A stretch of DNA of 64,000 nucleotides from a virus. Within the stretch, counting starts at the first letter, position 1; every line of letters begins with the position of its first letter. Of this stretch, positions 45,248 to 54,182 are shown piece by piece. The stretch covers positions 1 through 64,000 of the IMG/VR virus record IMGVR_UViG_3300048687_000070; one strand, given 5' to 3'. The notes under the pieces were generated by a model. The model saw only the letters and a list, made by a program, of their open reading frames with translations. It was not told where the DNA came from and made no database searches. The position numbers and the translations under genes are program-made.

Positions 45248-47389
45248 ATGAGCGCCCACCACACCGCGCCGGCCGACCCGAAGCCCGCCCTGAAACTCGT
45301 TCCCTCGACCGACACGGCCGTGCAGGTGTCGACTCGCCCGGAGCGGCGCCGCCTGCGCGCGGACCGACTGCGGCGCATCGTCGTCGCCACCCGCAACAAC
45401 CCGGGGTACCGGCTCGCCGTCCGGCACGGCGCCTACACCCTCGGCGGGACCCGCATCCTGACCCGTCGCGCCTGGGACGCACGGACCGCGGCCCGGTACG
45501 AGCGGATGATGCGCATCGCCGAAGCGTCCGGGAACGAGGAGGCCACACGGGTGTGGGAGCAGCGGGCCCACGCCTACCGGTTCGCCCGGCGCCGCGGACG
45601 CATGGAACTCCTGCAACTGATCCTCAACGCGCCCAAGGCGGTAGCCATGGGCGCGGGCGCAACCGCTGGCGTTCTCCTGCTGCTCGGGATGATGCTGGCC
45701 GCTGCCAGGGAAGACATCAGTGACGTCCTCGTCCCGCTCAACGCCGTGATTCAGCTGGTCAGCTGGGTTGCGTTCATCGCGGGCGTCGTCTGGCGGCCGT
45801 TGCTGGTGTCGCTGCCGTTCCTCGCTCTGGCCGGGGCGTGGGCGGTCGGACGCCACCAGAAGTCCGCACCGGTATGGGCACTGCCCGTCGACCCCGGCGA
45901 GCAGGGCATCGTCCCGGACGAGAACGCCATCATGCGGGCGCTGGGCAAGCTGAGCATCGCGGAGCTCAATGCGGCCATCAAGGAGGGCTGGCAGCCGCGT
46001 TGGGTGCAGGGCACCGTCCGCTCCGGCAACGGCTATCACGCCCAGCTGCAGCTTCCTCTTGGCGCCCCCGTCGAGATGATCATCAAGAAGAAGAATGTTC
46101 TCGCGCACAACCTGCTCCGCAAGCCCGTCGAAGTGTGGCCCACCGAGCCGCCCCGCATGCCTGGCGTCCTCGACCTGTGGGTCGCCGACCAGGGCTCCCT
46201 GTCCGGGAAGATCCCGAGTTGGCCGCTGCTGCACGAGGGCACGACCGACTACTTCGAGGGCGTTCCCCTCGGCGTGTCCCAGCGCGGTGATCCGATCATC
46301 GGGAAACTGATGGCCGCGAACTACATGGTCGGCGGGATCATGGGATCCGGTAAATCGTCGCTGGTCATCTCGCTGCTTCTGGGCGCCGCCCTCGATCCGA
46401 TCGTCGACATCGAGGCCTACGTCATGGCCTACAACGTCGACTACGACCCGCTCAAGCCCCGCATGAGCGTCCTGGTCAAGGGCGACGACGACGAGCAGCT
46501 GAAGACCGCCCTCGACCGGCTGCGCAGCCTGACCAACGAGGTCACCGAACGCGGCAAGCTGCTGGAGGAGCTCGGCGGCGAGACCACCAAGCTGACGCGG
46601 GAGCTTTCGCTGAGGGACCAGCGGATGCGGCCCAAGGTCATCGTTTTCGACGAGTGCCACGAGCTGTTCATGCACAAGGGCTACGGCAAAGAGGCCGCTG
46701 AACTGGCCATTCGCGTCATGAAGAAGGCCCGCAAGGTCGGTATCACCCTCATCTGGGTCACCGTGTCGCCGACCGCCGACAGCATCCCGCGCGACGTCAC
46801 CCGCAACACGAGTCACCGTGTCGCGTTCGCCGTCGGCGACCACGTCGCCAACGACGGACTGCTCGGCTCCGGCCGCCACAAGGCCGGCATCACCGCCACC
46901 ACACTCATCCCCGGCGAGGACGTCGGCACCGCCGTCACCGTCGGCTTCACCAGCAAGCCGTTCGAGGTGGTGCGCGCCCACTACGTGGCCCGCGACCCGG
47001 AAAAGAACATCGACCAGGTCACGCCCGTCGTCGAGCGCTCCTTGACGGCGTACAAGCGCGGCGACGTGTGGGAGGTGCCCGCACCCGAGAGGGTCGACCA
47101 CCTCGTCGACATCGCGAAAGTCCTCGGCCACGAACCCAAGCTGCTCACCCAGGACGTCCTGCACGAACTCCACAACCTGAACCCGGACGTCTACGGCGAG
47201 TGGACGTTCCGGGACCTGCGCAGCGTCCTCGACACGGCCGGCCACGGCGAGTACAAGACCGGCGGGCGCCAGCACGTCAGCCTCGACCGCATCCTCGACG
47301 CCATCGCCGCCCGCGACGAATACGCCTCCGAGGACGCCGTAGAGATCGGCTACAGCGAGGGAGGCGATGAGGGAGGAAGCGATACGTGA
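45248..47389 (+). CDS. traB: FtsK/SpoIIIE-family conjugative DNA translocase (TraB-like)
   Basis: N-terminal TMs; Walker A GIMGSGKSS; Walker B VIVFDECHE; KARKVGITLI; C-terminal winged-helix-like region; Spd-like neighbours. Confidence 0.85.
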   Translation: MSAHHTAPADPKPALKLVPSTDTAVQVSTRPERRRLRADRLRRIVVATRNNPGYRLAVRHGAYTLGGTRILTRRAWDARTAARYERMMRIAEASGNEEATRVWEQRAHAYRFARRRGRMELLQLILNAPKAVAMGAGATAGVLLLLGMMLAAAREDISDVLVPLNAVIQLVSWVAFIAGVVWRPLLVSLPFLALAGAWAVGRHQKSAPVWALPVDPGEQGIVPDENAIMRALGKLSIAELNAAIKEGWQPRWVQGTVRSGNGYHAQLQLPLGAPVEMIIKKKNVLAHNLLRKPVEVWPTEPPRMPGVLDLWVADQGSLSGKIPSWPLLHEGTTDYFEGVPLGVSQRGDPIIGKLMAANYMVGGIMGSGKSSLVISLLLGAALDPIVDIEAYVMAYNVDYDPLKPRMSVLVKGDDDEQLKTALDRLRSLTNEVTERGKLLEELGGETTKLTRELSLRDQRMRPKVIVFDECHELFMHKGYGKEAAELAIRVMKKARKVGITLIWVTVSPTADSIPRDVTRNTSHRVAFAVGDHVANDGLLGSGRHKAGITATTLIPGEDVGTAVTVGFTSKPFEVVRAHYVARDPEKNIDQVTPVVERSLTAYKRGDVWEVPAPERVDHLVDIAKVLGHEPKLLTQDVLHELHNLNPDVYGEWTFRDLRSVLDTAGHGEYKTGGRQHVSLDRILDAIAARDEYASEDAVEIGYSEGGDEGGSDT

Positions 47390-47532
47390 GGGAGAAATCC
47401 CTCCGCGCCTCCCCACCTGCCTCCCCACGCCTGACCTGCACAAAGGCCCGGTTGGGGAGGCAAGGGAGGCAAGGGAGGCAGCCCTCCCAAGACCCCGGAA
47501 AACGCGCTGCGGCCTCCCCTCGGCTGCCTCCC
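47359..47532. repeat. Putative clt (cis-acting locus of transfer) with GGGAGGCA repeats
   Basis: GGGAGGCA tandem at 47455, 47464, 47473; inverted TGCCTCCC at 47418, 47525; variants at 47359, 47371, 47406, 47511; directly 3' of traB. Confidence 0.7.
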
Positions 47533-47562
47533 TCCCCACCCCGACACCGAAGGAGAACCGGC

Positions 47563-48192
47563 ATGAGCGGCACGGTGAAAGTGCAGCAGATGACGGTCGA
47601 CGGGGCACCGTACACGTGCCCCGAGTGCGACTCGCACACGTTCACACTCGACGGCCACCCGGTCTTCGACGCGCTCCCCGCGATAGCCAACTGCGACTTC
47701 TCGCACCACTGGGACGACTCGTTGATCACCGGTGACACGCTCGTGATGATCCGCGGTTCGCGTACCGGCCGCCCCCGCGCCCACGACGAGGACACGTTCG
47801 ACGTCACCCACAACGGCATCCGGTTCGAAGGCACCCTCGTACCCGAACTCGTCTACGACGACCTCCGTCAGGCCGGCCGCATCTACTGGAAGCGGATCAT
47901 CAAGCCCACCGTGCGGAAGAAGAAGCGGGCCGCGCTGCGCACCCTCGCCCGCCCCGGAAAGCAGGCTGCACGCAAGGCCCGCGACGCCGCATCGGCAACC
48001 AAGGCCGCCACCATCGCCGCCGCCTGGACCGCCCAGACCGGCGGCTACCAAGACGACGCCGACTACCAGAGCGAGTCCGTCATCCCCTGCGGAGCGGGCT
48101 GCACCGACGGCTACTTCCCCCTCGACACCCATATCCACGGCGCCGCCCAAGTCCGGTGCTCCGTATGCCACGGAACCGGCGAAACCCTGTAA
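47563..48192 (+). CDS. Zinc-ribbon hypothetical protein
   Basis: RBS AAGGAG; CPEC, CGAGC, CSVCHGTG. Confidence 0.6.
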   Translation: MSGTVKVQQMTVDGAPYTCPECDSHTFTLDGHPVFDALPAIANCDFSHHWDDSLITGDTLVMIRGSRTGRPRAHDEDTFDVTHNGIRFEGTLVPELVYDDLRQAGRIYWKRIIKPTVRKKKRAALRTLARPGKQAARKARDAASATKAATIAAAWTAQTGGYQDDADYQSESVIPCGAGCTDGYFPLDTHIHGAAQVRCSVCHGTGETL

Positions 48193-48206
48193 GGAGATCC
48201 AACCCC

Positions 48207-48695
48207 ATGACCATGCCGCTGCCCGAGCCGCGCCCGACCATCCAGGCCGGGCAGCGGCAGCTCTCCCCGGAGACCCGGAAGATTCTCGACGAGATCGAGA
48301 CCGTGTACAGCAAGTCCGTACCGACATCGGTGCGCGTTGAGGAAGTGCCGCACCCGGCCCCGCCAGCCGTCCAGCAGCCCGGCCGGCCCCCCATGAGCCC
48401 GCGGGCGACCGGGGTGTCCGTGATGCTCGTCGCCGGCGGCTTCTTCTCCCTGTGCCTCGGCGCGGCGACCTCGATGGTCCTGTACTTCTCGCAGGCCGCC
48501 AACGAGACCGTCGTCATCACCCTGTGCGCGGCGCCCCCCGCCGTGTTCCTGTCGCTCGGCGCCCTCGTCAAGAAGATCCGCAAGGCGATGCCCGACGAGC
48601 ACCACCACCACTACGAGGCGCCAGTGTTCCAGGACCAGCGCACCACCCACACCGAGACCCGCGGCGTGTGGGCGCGCACCAACAACACGCAGTAG
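48207..48695 (+). CDS. Two-TM membrane protein (SpdD-like position)
   Basis: RBS AAGGAG; Pro-rich N-terminus, 2 TMs, HHHHYEAPV. Confidence 0.6.
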   Translation: MTMPLPEPRPTIQAGQRQLSPETRKILDEIETVYSKSVPTSVRVEEVPHPAPPAVQQPGRPPMSPRATGVSVMLVAGGFFSLCLGAATSMVLYFSQAANETVVITLCAAPPAVFLSLGALVKKIRKAMPDEHHHHYEAPVFQDQRTTHTETRGVWARTNNTQ

Positions 48696-48780
48696 TTGAC
48701 GCGTTGACGTGGGCGAACGTAACGTGTGATTCGCTGGTCTTAAGTGTCAAGAGGGCTACCTGATGCAGGTGGCCCTCTTT
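48696..48780 (+). promoter_or_regulatory. Putative late promoter followed by terminator/attenuator hairpin
   Basis: TTGACG(48696)-18 nt-TAACGT; hairpin AAGAGGGCTACCTG-ATG-CAGGTGGCCCTCTTT 48749-48780. Confidence 0.55.
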
Positions 48781-48798
48781 GCGTTCCCGGAGGTGACC

Positions 48799-49035
48799 AT
48801 GACCGCCTCCACCCGCGGCCTGCTCACGGAGGGCGAGGCCGCCTACTACGCGGGCCGGCCCGGCGCCACGATCCGCCGGTGGGCCCACGAAGGCCGCATC
48901 CACCGGCACGGCTCGGGCCGCGGCAACGTCCGCTACAGCGTGTTCGAGCTCCCCAAAGCCGAACGCGACGAATGGACCCGCGCGCTGCTCGCGCCCGGCG
49001 CAACCCCACCTCTCCCCGCGGTCCGCGCCGCATAG
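48799..49035 (+). CDS. MerR/excisionase-like HTH protein
   Basis: LLTEGEAAYYAGRPGATIRRWAHEGRI. Confidence 0.7.
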   Translation: MTASTRGLLTEGEAAYYAGRPGATIRRWAHEGRIHRHGSGRGNVRYSVFELPKAERDEWTRALLAPGATPPLPAVRAA

Positions 49036-49146
49036 ACCGGGGCGGCTGCTCACCGCCCCGACGTCCCGCCGCCCCACTACCCCCCAGGTACAGGCGGCGG
49101 GACACCCCCACCCCGCGCCACGCGGCGCCCAGTTGAAGGAGGCCGC

Positions 49147-49533
49147 GTGGCCGACAACCTCAGCGCGACAGCCGAGAACCTCGCCCTGGACTGGCTCACA
49201 GGCGTCGGCGCACCGACCCGGCCCAGCGCGCCGCTCAAGGTCGCACTCGTCACCGCCAACGGCTCTGACACCACCGCAGGCACCGAAGTCACCGGCGGCT
49301 CCTACACGCGGCAGACGCTCACCGTCGCCGCAGCCGCAACCGGCGCCACCGCCAACGCGGCCGACATCGTGTTCACCGGCATGCCCGCCACAACCATCGT
49401 CGGAGTCGAAGTCTGGGACAGCGCCAGCACCCCGATACGCCTCTGGTACGGGGCGCTCGCCACCCCCCGCACGCCAGCCGCCGGAGACGACAGCCGCTTC
49501 ACCGCAGGACAGCTCACTCTGTCCCTGTCCTGA
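49147..49533 (+). CDS. Virion structural (tail-fibre-associated) protein
   Basis: EVTGGSYTRQ...NAADIVF motif; Thr/Ala/Gly-rich beta composition. Confidence 0.65.
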   Translation: MADNLSATAENLALDWLTGVGAPTRPSAPLKVALVTANGSDTTAGTEVTGGSYTRQTLTVAAAATGATANAADIVFTGMPATTIVGVEVWDSASTPIRLWYGALATPRTPAAGDDSRFTAGQLTLSLS

Positions 49534-49545
49534 CAGGGAGGCGCC

Positions 49546-50655
49546 ATGCCGTCGCTCTCCCTCCTCGTGGACAACTTCAACGACAACGACATGGGCCCCG
49601 AATGGGGCGACTCCTACGCCGGCGCCACCGAGACCGGAGGCCGGGCCCGCGTCCCCGTCGTAGCAGGAACCTACGCCGGCTACCAGACCGGCCGAGCCTG
49701 GACCTTCGCCGGCGCCACCGTCTACCTCAAGCTCGCCACCAGGCCCGCCGCATCCACAGGCACCGACGTGTCCGCGAACTTCCTCGTAACCAGCAGCGTC
49801 GACGGCACGTCGATCGGCTTCAAGTACAACGCGGTCACCGCCATGCTGCGCATGCAGTCGAACGTCGACTACTACGACACGGACGGCGTCGAGATCGCCT
49901 ACTCGGCGACCGATCACCTGTGGCTGAGACTCCGCGAAGACGGCACCAACGTCTACTGGGACACCTCGCCGAACGGCAGCACGTGGACCAACCGGCGGAC
50001 GCTCGCCACCCCCTCCTGGATTACAGCGGCCGTCGACACGTGCGCGCTCGACCTGTACGCCTACCGCAACGCAGGCGTCAGCGACTACGCCGAGTTCGAC
50101 AACGTCAACACGATGTCCGACGGGGCTGTGTGGGACCTGGTGGCAGCCCTGTCGGGCCAGTCGGCCCTCACGGCAGCAGTCAAGTCGACGACAGTCCTGA
50201 CAGCCGCACTGAGCGCGGAAAGCAGCCTCACCGCATCCGCCACACAGGCCCTGAACGTGTCGGCCGACCTCGCTGTAACAGGCACGCTGACCGCCGACCT
50301 GAACAACACCGAGATTCCGGAGGTGGCAGCAATGGCCGCCGGAGACCTCGACCTGTACATCGAGCAAGGCGCCACGTTCGTCCAGACGTACACGGTCACC
50401 GACCTCGACTTCACATGGGCCGGCTGGGCGGCGCGAGGCCAGATCCGGTCCGCCGCCAACAGCGCGGGCGAACTCCTCCTCGACCTCACCGCACACCTGA
50501 CCGTCGATGGGCCCGCCGTGCGCCTCGCCATTCCCGCCACCGTCACCCAGACCCTCACCCGCAACGGGCGCTGGGACCTGGAGATGGTCAACGGGCCGAC
50601 CGTCGTCCGCATCCTCAACGGGCGCGTCCACATCAGCCCGGAGGTGACCCGGTGA
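49546..50655 (+). CDS. Virion structural protein (lectin-like N-terminus, BppU-like C-terminus)
   Basis: WLRLREDG...WDTSPNG; DLYIEQGATF...WDLEM...RILNGRVHISPEVTR. Confidence 0.6.
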   Translation: MPSLSLLVDNFNDNDMGPEWGDSYAGATETGGRARVPVVAGTYAGYQTGRAWTFAGATVYLKLATRPAASTGTDVSANFLVTSSVDGTSIGFKYNAVTAMLRMQSNVDYYDTDGVEIAYSATDHLWLRLREDGTNVYWDTSPNGSTWTNRRTLATPSWITAAVDTCALDLYAYRNAGVSDYAEFDNVNTMSDGAVWDLVAALSGQSALTAAVKSTTVLTAALSAESSLTASATQALNVSADLAVTGTLTADLNNTEIPEVAAMAAGDLDLYIEQGATFVQTYTVTDLDFTWAGWAARGQIRSAANSAGELLLDLTAHLTVDGPAVRLAIPATVTQTLTRNGRWDLEMVNGPTVVRILNGRVHISPEVTR

Positions 50656-52577
50656 AAATCCAGGTCACCGGCGAAACCACCGCCGACGAGATCACCGTCA
50701 ACGGCGGCAAGCCCTCCACCGTCATCGAAGTCGCCGCCGGGCTCGTCTCCTCCGTCAACGGGCGCACCGGCGGAGTCGACGGCCTCGCCGAAACCGCCGC
50801 CATCCCCGGCATCGCCGCCGACGTCGCCACCGGCATCAGCGACGCCGCGGTCGGCGCCCACAACGGGCAGACCGCAGGCGTGCATGGCATCCCCGACACG
50901 ACGGCGCTCCTCACCGCCGTCCCGTTCGACGACGACGCCATCCGCGACATCACCGCCAACTCGCAGGCGGGCACCAGTAGTCATGCGGCCCGCGCCGACC
51001 ACACACATGGCGGAGGCGGCGGGAGCGGCCTCACCGGCGTCTACGACGTCACCCGCGGGCCGTACAACGCTGTCGGCAACGGCAGCCACGACGACCTCGA
51101 TGCGATCCAGGACGCGCTCGACGACGCGTATGCAGCCGGCGGCGGCATCGTCTACCTGCCGCCCGGACGCACCTACGCGATCAGCGACTACCTGCACATC
51201 CTCACCGGGACGACGGTCCTAGCGCACGGGGCCACCATCAAGGGCATCGCCAACCGCGGCCTCGTGAAGCTGTTCCGGGACTCGGAGACGACGACGACCG
51301 GCTACAACGGGCACTCCCGGATCCGGATCCGTGGCGGTATCTGGGACGTCAACGCCGCCAACGCGGGCGTCGGCACGGTCACGGCGATCGTCGACGGATT
51401 CCTGATGGGCCACAACAACGACGTGCTCTTCGACGGCGTCACCGTGCGAAACGTGTCCGGCGCGCACGGCATCGACATGACTGCCTCGCAGAACGTGCGG
51501 ATCATCGGCTGCCGCTTCGAAGGGTTCAAAGACAACACCAGCGACCAGTCCTCCAGCTTCCGTGAGGCGATCCAGCTCGACTACGCGATGACCGGCTCTG
51601 GTATCAACGGCGCCTTCGACAACACGCCTTCGCGGAACGTGTACATCGAGGGCTGCTACTTCGGGCCGTCCTCCCGCCTCGGCGGCTTCGGGCGTGCGGT
51701 CGGCTCCCACACCAGCGTCAGCGCGACCGTCTGGTGCGAGAACATCCACATCCGTGGCTGCCGCATCGAAGCCACCACGCAAGAGGGCATCCGTGCCTAC
51801 GCGTGGCGCAACGCCGTCATCGCCGACAACATCATCTCCGGAACCGGCCTCTCCGGAATCATGGTCACCGGGCCCGACCCGGCCGTCGCCGGATACGCCA
51901 ACCTGTGCCAGAACATCAGCGTCGACAACAACACCGTCGCCGCACCCGGCTCCGCCAGCGGCAGCCCCATCCGCGTCACCGGATACGCCACCGCCCGGCC
52001 CACCGGCATCACCATCACCCGCAACACCGTGACCGGATCCCTGTCGACCGGCATCTACGTGTCCCAGGCCGACACCCCGCAGATCGCCACCAACCGAATC
52101 CTGGCCTGCACCAGCAGCAGCATCTACGCGATCAACAGCGCCGCTCCGCACATCGCGACCAACCATGTCAACGGAGCTGGCGGTGCCAGCATCGGCGTCG
52201 ACACCTGCACCGGCGGACACGTCACCGGCAACGACGTCGAAGGCGCCGGAGGCCACGGCATCCTCATCGCCGGCGCCTCCAACGTCAGCGTCGCCACCAA
52301 CCGCGTCGTCGGCGCCATCGGATCAGGCATCCGGGCTGCAGGCACCGGCACGGTCCGGCCCCGGATCATCGGCAACACCATCCTCCGGAACGGCGTCGCC
52401 GCCACCTTCGGGCTCGACGTCGCCGCCTCGGCCACCGACGCCCTGGTCATCAACAACGACCTCACCGGCTCGACATGGCCCGGCAGCACCGCCTACAACC
52501 TGGTCGGCACCCGGCAAATCCTCGACTGGACAGGCGCCGTAGGCGTCACCGCCCCCGGCCAGAACCTCGCCAGCTAG
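50652..52577 (+). CDS. Tailspike / right-handed parallel beta-helix protein
   Basis: YNAVGNGSHDDLDAIQDALD...GGIVYLPPGRTY pectate-lyase-like start; repeated IxxNxI beta-helix rungs. Confidence 0.85.
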   Translation: MKIQVTGETTADEITVNGGKPSTVIEVAAGLVSSVNGRTGGVDGLAETAAIPGIAADVATGISDAAVGAHNGQTAGVHGIPDTTALLTAVPFDDDAIRDITANSQAGTSSHAARADHTHGGGGGSGLTGVYDVTRGPYNAVGNGSHDDLDAIQDALDDAYAAGGGIVYLPPGRTYAISDYLHILTGTTVLAHGATIKGIANRGLVKLFRDSETTTTGYNGHSRIRIRGGIWDVNAANAGVGTVTAIVDGFLMGHNNDVLFDGVTVRNVSGAHGIDMTASQNVRIIGCRFEGFKDNTSDQSSSFREAIQLDYAMTGSGINGAFDNTPSRNVYIEGCYFGPSSRLGGFGRAVGSHTSVSATVWCENIHIRGCRIEATTQEGIRAYAWRNAVIADNIISGTGLSGIMVTGPDPAVAGYANLCQNISVDNNTVAAPGSASGSPIRVTGYATARPTGITITRNTVTGSLSTGIYVSQADTPQIATNRILACTSSSIYAINSAAPHIATNHVNGAGGASIGVDTCTGGHVTGNDVEGAGGHGILIAGASNVSVATNRVVGAIGSGIRAAGTGTVRPRIIGNTILRNGVAATFGLDVAASATDALVINNDLTGSTWPGSTAYNLVGTRQILDWTGAVGVTAPGQNLAS

Positions 52578-52587
52578 GAGACCCGTC

Positions 52588-52920
52588 ATGCCCCGCACCA
52601 CACTCACCGCCGTCCAGGCTTCGCGCGCGGGCACGACGCTCCCGACCGCGACCGCGGGCGATGCTGTCAACGGCAATCAGATCAACAACGACGGCCGCGT
52701 CGTCCTCATCGTCAAGAACACCAACGCGGCCACGACCGCACGCACGATCACCTTTGCGACCACGGTGAAGGTCGACGGGCTCACCGCACCCACCCGCAGC
52801 GAGACCATCCCCGCAGGCGAGACCCAGGCGTTCGGGCTGTTCCCGCCCAACGACTACGGCACCGTGCTCCAGATCAACGTCGACAACGCCGAGCTCACCA
52901 TCAGCGCCATCCACGTGTGA
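52588..52920 (+). CDS. Putative virion protein
   Basis: NNDGRVVLIVKNT...FGLFPPNDYG. Confidence 0.55.
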   Translation: MPRTTLTAVQASRAGTTLPTATAGDAVNGNQINNDGRVVLIVKNTNAATTARTITFATTVKVDGLTAPTRSETIPAGETQAFGLFPPNDYGTVLQINVDNAELTISAIHV

Positions 52921-53011
52921 GCGACAGGAACGTTACGACCCTGCCACAGGCGTACCCGCGTGTGCGCGATGCCTCTACTCTCCCTATGTCAACAGGACAT
53001 TGGGGGGATTC

Positions 53012-53188
53012 ATGGCAAAGATCAGAACACGGCAGAAGATGGGATGGATCGCGATCACGTTCCACTGGACGATGATCGTATGCACTGTGGGGCTCTGGAC
53101 GCCCATCTACCTGGCTGCACGCAGAAGGCGCGTCACCATCACACAGATCCCCAACGGATACCAAGGGCCCGTACCGCCCATGCGCTAG
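53012..53188 (+). CDS. Small membrane protein
   Basis: FHWTMIVCTVGLWTPIY TM hairpin. Confidence 0.55.
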   Translation: MAKIRTRQKMGWIAITFHWTMIVCTVGLWTPIYLAARRRRVTITQIPNGYQGPVPPMR

Positions 53189-53211
53189 GCGACGTACAGG
53201 TGGGGTGACTG

Positions 53212-53595
53212 ATGCCCGTTGCCCCGCCTACACGATGTTGCATCGCTGCATGCCATGAGCTGGCCATCAAGCGTGGTCGATGTGAGGAGCATCAGCCTGA
53301 GCCATGGGCTGATCGCCCCTCGCCTCAAGAGCGTTACGGCATGAGCAGTGGCACGATGCGCGCACTCAAGGCCAGGGTCATGCAGCGTGATCACGGATGC
53401 TGCTATGTGTGCGGCGGCGAGGACGCCGACGAGCTGGAACACAAGATCCCCGTGAGCCAGGGCGGAGCCGCACGTGACCTCGACAACCTCGGACTGATCC
53501 ACTCCGAGCCCTGCCACCGCGAGAAGACCGCGCGCGAAGCCCTCGAAGGCAGCCGGCGCGCCCGCGCCAAGCGCGCGACCCGATCCCGGGGGTAG
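53212..53595 (+). CDS. Terminase-associated HNH endonuclease
   Basis: RDHGCCYVCG...EHKIPVSQGG...DNL...CHREKT, directly before terminase. Confidence 0.85.
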   Translation: MPVAPPTRCCIAACHELAIKRGRCEEHQPEPWADRPSPQERYGMSSGTMRALKARVMQRDHGCCYVCGGEDADELEHKIPVSQGGAARDLDNLGLIHSEPCHREKTAREALEGSRRARAKRATRSRG

Positions 53596-53717
53596 GGGAG
53601 TCAAAATCACGGCGCAAGATCACTGGGGGACCGACGCGGCCAGTCAGGATGGCGCGCGCTCACTACGTACATAAGGGGCAGGCCTCCGACCTGCGGCGAT
53701 GCCGAGGGGAGACGATC

Positions 53718-54182
53718 ATGCCTCGTACCGCCAAGCCGGCGACCCTGAAGTTGATCGAGGGCCGGGCGGTCGGCCGGGACTCCGGGGGCCGCAAGGTCGA
53801 GAAGGGGCCGGCCTTCAAGCGGGTCCCGCCGGAGGCCCCGGAGTGGCTGTCCGAGGAGGCGGCCGCGGAGTGGGAGCGGGTGATGCCGGAGCTGTCCCGC
53901 CTGGATCTGGTGAAGGAGTCGGACCGGGCGGCCCTGGCGTCCTACTGCGAGGCGTGGGCGACGTTCCGCGAGGCGACGGAGACGGTTCAACGCGACGGTC
54001 TGACGATCGAGGCGCGGCAGGGAACGCTCGCGCACCCTGCGGTGGCGATCGCCCGCGCGGCGGGCCGCGAAGTGCGGTCGTGGGCGGCGCACTTCGGGCT
54101 GACTCCGTCGACGGAGCAGGCTCTGGCGCGAAGCGGGGGCGACGATGGCGACGAAGCGAACCCGTTCGCCGGCTCCGGCTGA
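53718..54182 (+). CDS. Terminase small subunit (P27 family)
   Basis: PEWLSEEAAAEWERV...ALASYCEAW...HPAV...FGLTPS. Confidence 0.9.
   Translation: MPRTAKPATLKLIEGRAVGRDSGGRKVEKGPAFKRVPPEAPEWLSEEAAAEWERVMPELSRLDLVKESDRAALASYCEAWATFREATETVQRDGLTIEARQGTLAHPAVAIARAAGREVRSWAAHFGLTPSTEQALARSGGDDGDEANPFAGSG

Noticed and set aside
47359-47532. CRISPR array
   Set aside because: Repeats are 8-9 bp in both orientations with no unique spacers, and no cas genes are present
44702-47608. 968-aa minus-strand ORF and similar long antisense ORFs (22325..24184, 48568..50631, 61733..63334)
   Set aside because: Shadow frames of high-GC genes with clear plus-strand products; no recognisable motifs
39433-48695. 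Independent autonomous AICE or integrated plasmid
   Set aside because: No rep, integrase/excisionase or flanking att repeats seen within the module; a degenerate insertion cannot be fully excluded
53583-53660. cos site between HNH and small terminase
   Set aside because: Position is plausible for a cos phage, but no specific cohesive sequence can be identified without terminus data
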